From assembly GCA_011391405.1 (NCBI GenBank), contig JAABQQ010000238.1, positions 5,285 through 69,284 on the forward strand: DNA of 64,000 bases. The letters are read 5' to 3'. The notes under the pieces were generated by a model, which saw nothing but the letters and a program-made list of their open reading frames with translations, had not been told where the DNA came from and did not search any database. A program made the translations under genes and the position numbers. Positions 1-8,816 of the stretch are shown here, one piece after another. Source of the DNA: Gammaproteobacteria bacterium. Lineage in GTDB: Bacteria; Pseudomonadota; Gammaproteobacteria; Steroidobacterales; Steroidobacteraceae. Position 1 is the stretch's first letter, and every line of letters begins with the position of its first letter.

Positions 1-576
1 TCGCTCGCCGGCTTCCTCGTCGGCTGGCTCATCGTCACTCAGGTCGTCTTCAGTCTCGTGCGCCGCCAGCGTGCGATGGACGTGCTGCTGATCGTCATCG
101 CCACCGTACTGGTGGGGCGGACATTCGTCGCGGGCAGCACGCTCGACGTGGCCGAAATCGCGGCCATTGCGCTGCTGCTGCCACTGCTGGTGCCCTTCAG
201 CCGTCTCGACGACGGCGCGCGCTCGACGATCGTCGCGGTGCTGCTCGGCGTCTGGCTGGCGTGGACGTCTGTCCGCATCCTGCTCGACGGCTCGGTCACT
301 GCGTCGGCTGGAATGCCGGAACTGCGCGAGGTGCTGTTGCGCAACGTGCCGCCGCCACCGCTGCTCGCAAACAAATCGTTCAGCTATCTCTCGCTCGGCT
401 GGTTGCTGGCCGGCGCGGGCATCGTGCCGTACGTGGCCGCCGGCATGACTATCCTGTTCGTGCTGCTGCTGACGATACTGCAGCTCGGCGTGTCGTCGCC
501 CGACTATGGCTGGGTCGACCTGTTGATCGCGTGCCTCGCGGGCTGGATCGTGGCGCGTTGGATTCCCCGGAGCTAG
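1..576 (+). CDS. Integral membrane protein of unknown function; 5' end probably lies outside the window
   Basis: Frame 1 is open from base 1, and the listed ORF is 58..576. The translation is very hydrophobic with several predicted TM segments. No family motif recognised. Confidence 0.45.
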   Translation, partial: SLAGFLVGWLIVTQVVFSLVRRQRAMDVLLIVIATVLVGRTFVAGSTLDVAEIAAIALLLPLLVPFSRLDDGARSTIVAVLLGVWLAWTSVRILLDGSVTASAGMPELREVLLRNVPPPPLLANKSFSYLSLGWLLAGAGIVPYVAAGMTILFVLLLTILQLGVSSPDYGWVDLLIACLAGWIVARWIPRS

Positions 577-681
577 CAGGGATCGATGCCAACTTTGCGG
601 CGATCGTCGAAAGCGGTACCGTGCCGGCTGCCAGCGAGGTGACCTGCCATTTTTAGACTTGCCGCCTGCTCCATTGCGCTG

Positions 682-978
682 TTGCTCACAACGGCGGTTC
701 TCAGCGCGCCCGCGCGTGCCGACCTCGACGAGCGTCAGGGCAAACTGCTGTCCTCCAACTGTGTGCAATGCCATGCACGGCCCGAAACCGGTGCACCCCT
801 GATGGGCAACCCGCCGGACTGGAAAGTGCGCAATGAGCAGGGCATGGACCGGCTCCTGGTCAACACGGTGCTCGGCCTGCGCGGCATGCCGCCGCTCGGT
901 TACTGCAGCGCCTGCACCGAACAGGACTTGCGCGAGCTGATCAAGGCGGTCAGCGGCATTGAGGTTGCTGCCGAATGA
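682..978 (+). CDS. Class I c-type cytochrome (cytochrome c5-like), exported
   Basis: Haem-binding CVQCH motif, a downstream GMPPLG methionine-ligand region and a C-terminal CSAC pair typical of the c5 family. The stop overlaps the next gene's start (ATGA at 975-978). The true start is probably upstream at 649 (see findings). Confidence 0.8.
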   Translation: MLTTAVLSAPARADLDERQGKLLSSNCVQCHARPETGAPLMGNPPDWKVRNEQGMDRLLVNTVLGLRGMPPLGYCSACTEQDLRELIKAVSGIEVAAE

Positions 979-2393
979 CCGTGTCACGCAACTCGTTCAG
1001 CCGTCGCCGGTTTCTCGGCACCGCGGCTGCCGGTGCTGCGGCCAGCATCCTCCCGGGTTGCGGGCCTGCGACGACCGACACGCACTCCCTCGTAAGTTTC
1101 AAGCCGGGCGAACCGTTGCCCTGGATCAACTGGGCGGCCAATCAAACGTGTAACCCGGCAGTACGAGCGGCCCCGGCGAGCGAAGCCGAACTGGTCGACG
1201 TTGTCAGGCATGCCAGGGGCGTCGTGCGGGCGGTCGGGGCAGGGCACTCGTTCAGTGCCGTGGTGCCGACTGACGACACGCTGATCTCCACCGACCTGCT
1301 CGCCGGACTGGTCGGGCACGATGCGGAAAAGAATCAGGCCACGGTCCTGGCCGGCACGCGCCTGCACGACCTCGGACCGTTGCTCGCAAGCGTTGGCCAG
1401 GCCTTGCCCAACATGCCCGACATGGACTACCCGGCCCTTGGCGGCGCCATCGCCAGTTCCGTGCACGCCACGGGCACCGGTTTCGGCTCGATGTGTTCGT
1501 ACGTGGCCGGCCTGACGCTGGTGACGCCGGCGGGCGACGTCCTCGAATGCAGTGCCGACCAGAATCGGGAGGTCTTCCAGGCGGCGCGCACGTCCGTTGG
1601 CGCGCTGGGGATCGTCTCGCGCGTGACGCTGCAGAACCAGCCGGCATTCGACCTGACCGAAGTGGCCACCATCGGCAGGACGGAGGACGTGCTCGATGGC
1701 ATCGACGAGCTGTGCGCCAGCAATCGCCACTTCGAGTTCTTTCCGCTGCTGCACTCGAAACTCTGCATCGCCGTCGCCACCAACCCGGCCAGGCCAGGTG
1801 ACGCGACGGTGGGCACCGACGATCCCCAGGCCGTGAATACGCTGCGACGGGTTTTCGACGCGGTGAAATGGCTGCCGGGTGGCAGCGGCATGTACGACAA
1901 GCTGGTCGAACTGGCGCTGGGAGGCGAGGCCGCCACCACGCGCACCGGTCCGTCTTACCAGGTTCTGGCGCACGTGCGCGTGGTGCGCTTCCGCGAGATG
2001 GAATACACGGTGCCTGCCGCAGCTGGCCCGGCCTGCGTACGCGAAATCCTGCGCACCGTGCGTGAGAAGAACCTTCCGGTCTGCTTTCCACTCGAGTACC
2101 GCTACGTGAAATCCGACGACATCTGGCTGTCGATGTTCGAAGGTGGCGACGGCTGCTCGATTTCCGTGCACCAGTACGGTGACGTGGACTACCGGCCTTA
2201 TTTCGCCGAGATCGAGCCGATCTTCTGGAAATACGAGGGCCGGCCGCACTGGGGCAAGGTGCATACGCTGGACGCAAAGCGCCTGTCCGCGCTGTATCCC
2301 CGCCACTGGCAGGACTTCCACGAGGTGCGCGAGGCACTGGATCCGCAGGGCCGCCTGCTCAATGCGCACCTCAAGCACGTCTTCCTGAGCTGA
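975..2393 (+). CDS. Tat-exported FAD-linked oxidoreductase, VAO/PCMH family with a D-arabinono-1,4-lactone oxidase (ALO)-type C-terminal domain
   Basis: N-terminal twin-arginine signal (SRRRFLGTAAAGAAA). GAGHSFS motif, where His is the covalent-FAD site in GLO/ALO/AldO enzymes. C-terminal RPHWGK motif of the ALO domain. Confidence 0.8.
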   Translation: MTVSRNSFSRRRFLGTAAAGAAASILPGCGPATTDTHSLVSFKPGEPLPWINWAANQTCNPAVRAAPASEAELVDVVRHARGVVRAVGAGHSFSAVVPTDDTLISTDLLAGLVGHDAEKNQATVLAGTRLHDLGPLLASVGQALPNMPDMDYPALGGAIASSVHATGTGFGSMCSYVAGLTLVTPAGDVLECSADQNREVFQAARTSVGALGIVSRVTLQNQPAFDLTEVATIGRTEDVLDGIDELCASNRHFEFFPLLHSKLCIAVATNPARPGDATVGTDDPQAVNTLRRVFDAVKWLPGGSGMYDKLVELALGGEAATTRTGPSYQVLAHVRVVRFREMEYTVPAAAGPACVREILRTVREKNLPVCFPLEYRYVKSDDIWLSMFEGGDGCSISVHQYGDVDYRPYFAEIEPIFWKYEGRPHWGKVHTLDAKRLSALYPRHWQDFHEVREALDPQGRLLNAHLKHVFLS

Positions 2394-2395
2394 TC

Positions 2396-3667
2396 ATGCC
2401 GACCCGTCGTTCTTTCATCCTCGGTGGTACCGTCATTGCGGCGGCTGCAGTCGCCGCCAGCAAGCCTGCCGACCGCGGCGGTCCGTACTCCGAGTATTTC
2501 GCCCGCCTCAACCGCACGTTGCGCGCGCATGGCATCGACCGCCCGGTGCTCGTCATCGACCTCGACCGGTTGGATCGCAACATCGACCGGGTTACCAGCT
2601 CGGTTGCCGTCGCACCTGCAAAGACCTATCGCGTCGTGGTGAAGTCGGTGCCGAGTCCGGCCCTGGTCGACTACATCGCCACGCGTGCGAACACCCGAGC
2701 GCTGATGGTCTTTCATCGGCCCTTCCTGCAGGCGATGACCCGGTTGCGCCCCGCCTCGGACATCCTGCTCGGCAAACCCATGCCCATCGCGGCGGTCGCG
2801 ACGTTCTATCGCGAGCACACGGGGCCGTTCGATCCAGGCCGCCAGCTGCAATGGCTGATCGACAGCGACGCGCGCCTGGCGCAGTACCTCGAGTTCGCCA
2901 AGGCGCACAACCAGCGCTTGCGCGTCAACCTCGAACTCGACGTCGGCCTGCGACGGGGCGGCTTCTGGGATGCGGCCTCGCTGCACGCGCCGCTGCAGAC
3001 GATCCACGACCATCGCCAGCATCTCGAATTTGCGGGGTACATGGGCTACGACGCGCACCTGATGGGCCTGCCGGCTTTGATCGAAGCGCGAGAAAAGCCC
3101 AGGGTGCGCGCGCGTTACCAGGCCGCTTTCGACGTGCTCAAGACCCGTTTTCCGGCCCTGTTGCACGACCGTCTCACGTTCAACGGTGCGGGCAGTCCCA
3201 CCTTCCGCCACTACGAAGGCGAAGCCCTGGTCAACGACCTCTCGGCCGGCACCTGCCTGATGAAGCCGACGCACTACGACCTGCCGGTGCTCGCCGATTT
3301 CGAGGCCAGCAGCTTCATCGCCACGCCGGTCCTGAAACGGCTGCAGGGGGGACGGATTCCCACCCTGGAGCCCTTCGCGCCGTTGATTCGCGGCTGGAAC
3401 CCGAACGAGGCCCAGATCTACTTCGGTTACAGCGGCAACTGGCTCGCCGAAAACGAATCGCCGCCGGGCCTGTCGCCGCATTGGGCCTACGTCAGCTCGA
3501 ACCAGCAGGGTTACAGCGCATCGAGTTCGGTCGATATCGATGTCGACGATTTCATTTTCCTGCGTCCGACGCAGTCCGAGGCCGTGCTGCTGCAGTTCGG
3601 CGACCTGGTGGCGGTACGCGGCCAGCAGATCGAAGCGCGCTGGCCGGTGCTGCCGGTGGGCCTGTGA
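2396..3667 (+). CDS. PLP-dependent enzyme of the alanine-racemase fold (DSD1 / D-threonine aldolase / D-serine dehydratase-like) with a Tat-type signal
   Basis: N-terminus is MPTRRSFILGGTVIAAAAVAA, a twin-arginine consensus. The YRVVVKSV lysine region is consistent with the Ala_racemase_N PLP lysine. Length and C-terminal domain are typical of the DSD1 family. The gene starts 2 nt after the upstream stop. Confidence 0.6.
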   Translation: MPTRRSFILGGTVIAAAAVAASKPADRGGPYSEYFARLNRTLRAHGIDRPVLVIDLDRLDRNIDRVTSSVAVAPAKTYRVVVKSVPSPALVDYIATRANTRALMVFHRPFLQAMTRLRPASDILLGKPMPIAAVATFYREHTGPFDPGRQLQWLIDSDARLAQYLEFAKAHNQRLRVNLELDVGLRRGGFWDAASLHAPLQTIHDHRQHLEFAGYMGYDAHLMGLPALIEAREKPRVRARYQAAFDVLKTRFPALLHDRLTFNGAGSPTFRHYEGEALVNDLSAGTCLMKPTHYDLPVLADFEASSFIATPVLKRLQGGRIPTLEPFAPLIRGWNPNEAQIYFGYSGNWLAENESPPGLSPHWAYVSSNQQGYSASSSVDIDVDDFIFLRPTQSEAVLLQFGDLVAVRGQQIEARWPVLPVGL

Positions 3668-3691
3668 ACCTGTAGACTCCGCCACCCTCCG

Positions 3692-5902
3692 ATGGACGTT
3701 TCCCACATTCTTGCGCCGCTGAACGACGCGCAGCGGCAGGCCGTGAGTGCCCCGCTATTGCCAACCCTGGTGCTGGCCGGCGCCGGTAGCGGCAAGACGC
3801 GCGTGCTGACCCACCGCGTCGAATGGCTGGTGCAGGTCGAGGGCGTGTCGCCGCACGGCATCCTCGCCGTGACGTTCACCAACAAGGCCGCGGCCGAGAT
3901 GCGTCACCGCATCGAGACACAGCTCGGCCTGCCTTCCGCGCCGCTCTGGATCGGCACCTTCCACGGCATCTGCCACCGTTTGCTGCGCCTGCACTGGCGC
4001 GAGGCCGGGCTGCCGCAGGGGTTCCAGATCCTCGACGGCGAAGACCAGCAGCGCCTGGTCAAGAAGATCATCCGCGGCCTGAACCTGGACGACACGCGCT
4101 GGGTACCGCGCGAAGTGGCGTGGTTCATCAACGCGCAGAAAGACGAAGGCCTGCGCCCGAAGCAACTGAAGGACGACGGCGACCCGACGCGTCACCAGCT
4201 GATCAAGCTATACGAAACGTACGAGGACACCTGCCGCCGCAATGGCGTCGTCGATTTCGCCGAGCTGCTGCTGCGCTGCTACGAGATCCTGCGCGAGACG
4301 CCGGGCCTGGGCGAACACTACCGCGCGCGCTTCAAGCACGTGCTGGTCGACGAATTTCAGGACACCAACACCATCCAGTACAACTGGATGAAGGCGCTGG
4401 TGGGATCGACCAGCATCCCGTACGTCGTGGGCGACGACGACCAGTCGATCTACCGCTGGCGCGGCGCGCGGGTCGAGAACCTGCAGCAGTACCGCAGGGA
4501 TTTCCACGACGTGCAGCTGTTCCGGCTCGAGCAGAACTACCGCTCGACCGGCAACATCCTCGACGCCGCCAACGCCATCATCGGCAACAACAGCGGCCGC
4601 ATCGGCAAGAAGCTCTGGACCAGCGAAGGCAAGGGCGCGCCGCTGCGCCTCTTCCGCGCCTATAACGAGCGCGACGAGGCCGAGTTCGTCATCGGCAAGA
4701 TCCGCGAGTGGATCGCGCGCGGCGGCAAGCGCGCCGACAACGCCATCCTCTACCGCTCGAACGCACAGTCGCGGGTGTTCGAAGAATACCTGCTCGCCGC
4801 ACGCATTCCGTACCGCGTGTACGGCGGCCTGCGGTTCTTCGAGCGCCAGGAAATCAAGGACGCGCTGGCATACCTGCGCCTGATCTCGAATCGTGACGAC
4901 GATGCTTCGTTCGAGCGCGTCGTGAACCTGCCGACGCGCGGCATCGGGGCGCGCACGCTCGAAGTGCTGCGGGCCCACTCCCGCGAGCACGTGAAGTCGA
5001 TGTGGCAGTCCGCGTTCGAATGCAACGAAGACCTGGGCAGCAAGGCGGTCTCGTGCCTGCAGGCGTTCCTGACGCTCATCGAGAAGCTCGACGCCGAAAC
5101 GCAGGGCCTGCCGCTGCACGAACAGGTCGACCACGTGATCCAGGCGAGCGGCCTGGTCGGGCACTACCAGAAGGATAAGGCCGACAAGGGCGAGGCCCGG
5201 CTCGAGAACCTCGAGGAACTCGTCAGCGCCGCGCGCGGCTTCGAGCCCGAGGACATCGACATGCCGCCGCTGATGGCGTTCCTGTCGCACGCCGTGCTCG
5301 AGTCCGGCGAAGGCCAGGCCGAGGCCTGGGAAGACTGCGTGCAGATGATGACGCTGCACTCGGCCAAGGGTCTCGAGTTCCCGGTCGTGTTCCTGTGCGG
5401 CCTGGAAGACGGCCTGTTCCCGCACCAGCGCTCGATCATGGACGTGCACGGGCTCGAGGAGGAGCGTCGCCTCTGTTACGTAGGCTGCACGCGCGCCATG
5501 CGGCAGCTGTATGTGAGCTATGCCGAGCAGCGCCGCATGCACGGGGTGGACAACTTCGGCGCCCCGTCCCGGTTCCTCGCCGAGATTCCGCTGCAGCTGA
5601 TAGAGGAAGTCCGGCCCAAGGTGCAGGTCTCCCGGCCGATGTATTCCCCCCAGTCGCGCCAGGTTCCACAGCAGGCGACTCGCCCTGTCGGCAGTAACCT
5701 GTCCATGAGCGGACGGCGGTTCCAGGACGAGAATCCGGTAGGGGCATTCAAGCTCGGCCAGCGGGTCCGTCACGCCAAGTTCGGGGACGGGGTGGTCCTG
5801 AGCCTGGAAGGCCAGGGCGCCCACGCCCGCGTACAGGTGGTGTTCGAGCGCCAGGGCACCAAGTGGCTGATGCTGGGGTACGCCAACCTGGAAACGCTCT
5901 GA
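3692..5902 (+). CDS. uvrD: ATP-dependent DNA helicase II UvrD
   Basis: LNDAQRQAV...AGAGSGKT Walker A, VDEFQDTN, QNYRST and TLHSAKGLEF helicase motifs. 736 aa. Confidence 0.93.
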   Translation: MDVSHILAPLNDAQRQAVSAPLLPTLVLAGAGSGKTRVLTHRVEWLVQVEGVSPHGILAVTFTNKAAAEMRHRIETQLGLPSAPLWIGTFHGICHRLLRLHWREAGLPQGFQILDGEDQQRLVKKIIRGLNLDDTRWVPREVAWFINAQKDEGLRPKQLKDDGDPTRHQLIKLYETYEDTCRRNGVVDFAELLLRCYEILRETPGLGEHYRARFKHVLVDEFQDTNTIQYNWMKALVGSTSIPYVVGDDDQSIYRWRGARVENLQQYRRDFHDVQLFRLEQNYRSTGNILDAANAIIGNNSGRIGKKLWTSEGKGAPLRLFRAYNERDEAEFVIGKIREWIARGGKRADNAILYRSNAQSRVFEEYLLAARIPYRVYGGLRFFERQEIKDALAYLRLISNRDDDASFERVVNLPTRGIGARTLEVLRAHSREHVKSMWQSAFECNEDLGSKAVSCLQAFLTLIEKLDAETQGLPLHEQVDHVIQASGLVGHYQKDKADKGEARLENLEELVSAARGFEPEDIDMPPLMAFLSHAVLESGEGQAEAWEDCVQMMTLHSAKGLEFPVVFLCGLEDGLFPHQRSIMDVHGLEEERRLCYVGCTRAMRQLYVSYAEQRRMHGVDNFGAPSRFLAEIPLQLIEEVRPKVQVSRPMYSPQSRQVPQQATRPVGSNLSMSGRRFQDENPVGAFKLGQRVRHAKFGDGVVLSLEGQGAHARVQVVFERQGTKWLMLGYANLETL

Positions 5903-5942
5903 GTCGCGCTAGAATGGCGCGCTGCCCCACAGGTCAAGAAGC

Positions 5943-7331
5943 TTGAAAATCATTATCCTCGGGGCCGGCCAGGTCGGCCGGACAGCGGCGTACCACCTGG
6001 CCCGCGAAGAGGCCAACGACGTGACCGTCGTCGACACCGACGAAGTGTTACTGCGCGACCTGCAGGACCGCATCGACATCCGCACGGTGCAGGGCAACGC
6101 GGCGAGTCCGCGCACGCTCGAGACTGCCGGCGCGCGCGATGCCGACATGCTCGTCGCACTCACGAACAGTGACGAGACCAACATGGTCGCGTGCCACGTG
6201 GCGTGGAGCCTCTTCGGCACCAGGACCAAGATCGCCCGCATCCGCTCGCGTGATTACACGAAGCATCCGGGCCTGTTCGTTTCGACCGAATCCCCCGAGA
6301 CGGCGACCGCGTTGCCGGGATTCGCGATCGACATGTACCTGAGTCCCGAAGAAGCGGTCACCGCGTACATCGAGCGGCTCATCCGCTACCCAGGCGCGTT
6401 GCAGGTGGTGGACTTCGCGGACGGCAAGGTCCGGCTTGTCGGAATCAAGGCGCTCAAGGGCGGCGCGCTCGTCGGCCGCCCGATCCGCGAACTCAAGGGC
6501 CACATGCGCAACAGCGAAGCGCGCGTGGCGGCCATGTACCGCAAGAGCGAGAGCATCGAACCCGAAGGCGACACGGTGATCGAGGACGGCGACGAGGTCT
6601 TCTTCGTTGCGGCGACGCAGGACATCCGCGCCGTCATGAAGGAGATGCAGAAGCTCGAGGACCCGGTCAAGCGCGTCGTCATCGCGGGCGGCGGCAACAT
6701 CGGCTTCCGGCTTGCGCAGACACTCGACGACGAGAACCAGGTCAAGGTAATCGAGCGCGACTCGAAGCGCGCGCGCAAGATTTCGGAACAATTGAACAAC
6801 TCGATCGTGCTGGTGGGCGACGCGGCGGACGAGGAACTGCTGGTCGAGGAGAATATCGACAGCGTCGACGTCTTCTGCTCACTCACCAATTCCGAAGAAG
6901 CCAACATTCTTTCCGCCATGCTGGCCAAGCGCCTCGGCGCGCGACGCGTCATGGCGCTGATCAGCCGACCGGCTTATGCCGACCTCACGGCGATGGGCGA
7001 AATCGACGTTGCCATTTCGCCGCAGACGGTCACGATCGGCTCGCTGCTGGCGTACGTGCGGCGCGGCGACGTCGTGCAGGTTCACTCACTACGCCAGGGT
7101 GCGGCCGAAGCCATGGAAACCATCGCGCACGGCCTGCGCGGCGGCAAGGTCGTTGGCCGCCCCATCGAAAACATCAAGCTCCCCGAGGGCGTGAAGATCG
7201 TGACCCTCGTGCGCGGCGAGCAGGTGATCATGGCGCACCATGACACGGTGATCGAAAACGGCGACCACGTGATCCTCTTCCTTTCGGACAAGCGGCACGT
7301 GGAGCAGGTCGAACGCCTGTTCCAGACCTGA
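5943..7331 (+). CDS. trkA: Trk potassium uptake system NAD-binding protein TrkA
   Basis: MKIIILGAGQVG Rossmann motif and a duplicated TrkA-N/TrkA-C architecture (second GGGNIG). TTG start. Confidence 0.92.
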   Translation: MKIIILGAGQVGRTAAYHLAREEANDVTVVDTDEVLLRDLQDRIDIRTVQGNAASPRTLETAGARDADMLVALTNSDETNMVACHVAWSLFGTRTKIARIRSRDYTKHPGLFVSTESPETATALPGFAIDMYLSPEEAVTAYIERLIRYPGALQVVDFADGKVRLVGIKALKGGALVGRPIRELKGHMRNSEARVAAMYRKSESIEPEGDTVIEDGDEVFFVAATQDIRAVMKEMQKLEDPVKRVVIAGGGNIGFRLAQTLDDENQVKVIERDSKRARKISEQLNNSIVLVGDAADEELLVEENIDSVDVFCSLTNSEEANILSAMLAKRLGARRVMALISRPAYADLTAMGEIDVAISPQTVTIGSLLAYVRRGDVVQVHSLRQGAAEAMETIAHGLRGGKVVGRPIENIKLPEGVKIVTLVRGEQVIMAHHDTVIENGDHVILFLSDKRHVEQVERLFQT

Positions 7332-7358
7332 GCCGGGCCGCCGGATGCAGTCACCCCG

Positions 7359-8807
7359 ATGCTAGCCGTCGTCAACGTCCTCGGGTCAATGCTGATGCTG
7401 TTCAGCGTCACCTACCTGCTGCCGATGGTCACGTCGCTGATCTACCGCGACCGCATGCTGATCGATTTCGTCTATGCCGCGGTGATCTGCATGGCGGTGG
7501 GCGCAGCCATGGTCGGGGCGACCCGGCGACACAAGCGCGAACTGCGCTCGCGGGACGGTTTTCTGCTGGTCACGCTGGCCTGGGTCCTCATGTCGGCCAT
7601 TGCCACGGTGCCGCTGCTGATCGCGTTGCCGGAGCTGACCTTCACCGACGCATTCTTCGAAACCATGTCCGGGCTCAGCACGACCGGCGCCACGGTGCTG
7701 ACCGGACTCGACACCCTGGCCCCGTCGCTGAACATGTGGCGCGCGACGCTGCACTGGTTCGGCGGCATGGGCATCATCGTCCTCGCCGTGGCGATCCTGC
7801 CGCTGCTCGGCGTTGGCGGCATGCAGCTCTACAAGGCCGAGACACCCGGCGCGGTCAAGAACGAAAAGCTGACGCCGCGCATTACCCAGACGGCCAAGGC
7901 GCTGTGGGTCGTCTACCTGCTGATCACCATCGGCGGTGTCGCGGCACTAAAGATCGCCGGCATGAACTGGTACGACGCCGTCTTTCACGCATTCTCGACC
8001 GTCTCGCTGGGCGGATTCTCGAACTACGACGCAAGCATCGGTCACTTCGACTCGCCGGCCATCGAAGCCGTCCTGATCGGGTTCATGCTGCTGGCAGCAG
8101 TGAACTTTTCCCGGCATTTCATTGCGTGGCAGCAGAAAAGCCTCCGCACCTACCTGGTGGATGTCGAAGCCCGCGCAATGCTGCGACTCGTGGCTGTAGC
8201 GATCCTGGGCGTGACGCTGTACGTATGGACCCACCAGGTGTACCTGGATTTCCTGACCTCCTTGCGCCACGTCGCGTTCAACCTGGTCGCGTTCGCGACG
8301 ACCTGTGGCTTCGTGACTCAGGACTACGCCTCCTGGCCGATCTTCGCGCCGATGATCATCATCATGCTCTCCTGCTATACCTGCAGCACGGGCTCGACCG
8401 GCGGCGGCATCAAGATGTTCCGCACGCTGGTGCTCGTCCAGCAGGCGTCGCGCGAGCTGTTTCTGCTCGTGCACCCCCAAGCCGTGACGCCGGTCAAGAT
8501 CCGCAACCAGGTGGTCGCCAACCACGTCGTGTTCGCCGTGCTCGCGTTCGTCGTGCTGTATTTCGGCACCGTCGTCACGCTGACCTTCCTGCTGCTCGCG
8601 AGCGGCATGGACTTCATCAGCTCGTTCACGGCCATCATTGCGACGATCAACAATGCGGGGCCGGGCCTCGGCGTCGTCGGGCCGGCCAGCAATTACCAGG
8701 GACTCACCGACTTCCAGACGTGGGTCTGCTCGCTGGCGATGCTGCTCGGGCGCCTGGAGATCTTCTCGGTGCTGGTGCTGCTGACGCCGACCTTCTGGCG
8801 CAAGTAA
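7359..8807 (+). CDS. trkH: Trk system potassium transporter TrkH
   Basis: Polytopic membrane protein with SGLSTTGATV- and GSTGGGIK-type selectivity-filter repeats. Immediately downstream of trkA. Confidence 0.9.
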   Translation: MLAVVNVLGSMLMLFSVTYLLPMVTSLIYRDRMLIDFVYAAVICMAVGAAMVGATRRHKRELRSRDGFLLVTLAWVLMSAIATVPLLIALPELTFTDAFFETMSGLSTTGATVLTGLDTLAPSLNMWRATLHWFGGMGIIVLAVAILPLLGVGGMQLYKAETPGAVKNEKLTPRITQTAKALWVVYLLITIGGVAALKIAGMNWYDAVFHAFSTVSLGGFSNYDASIGHFDSPAIEAVLIGFMLLAAVNFSRHFIAWQQKSLRTYLVDVEARAMLRLVAVAILGVTLYVWTHQVYLDFLTSLRHVAFNLVAFATTCGFVTQDYASWPIFAPMIIIMLSCYTCSTGSTGGGIKMFRTLVLVQQASRELFLLVHPQAVTPVKIRNQVVANHVVFAVLAFVVLYFGTVVTLTFLLLASGMDFISSFTAIIATINNAGPGLGVVGPASNYQGLTDFQTWVCSLAMLLGRLEIFSVLVLLTPTFWRK

Positions 8808-8816
8808 GCTCCGAAG

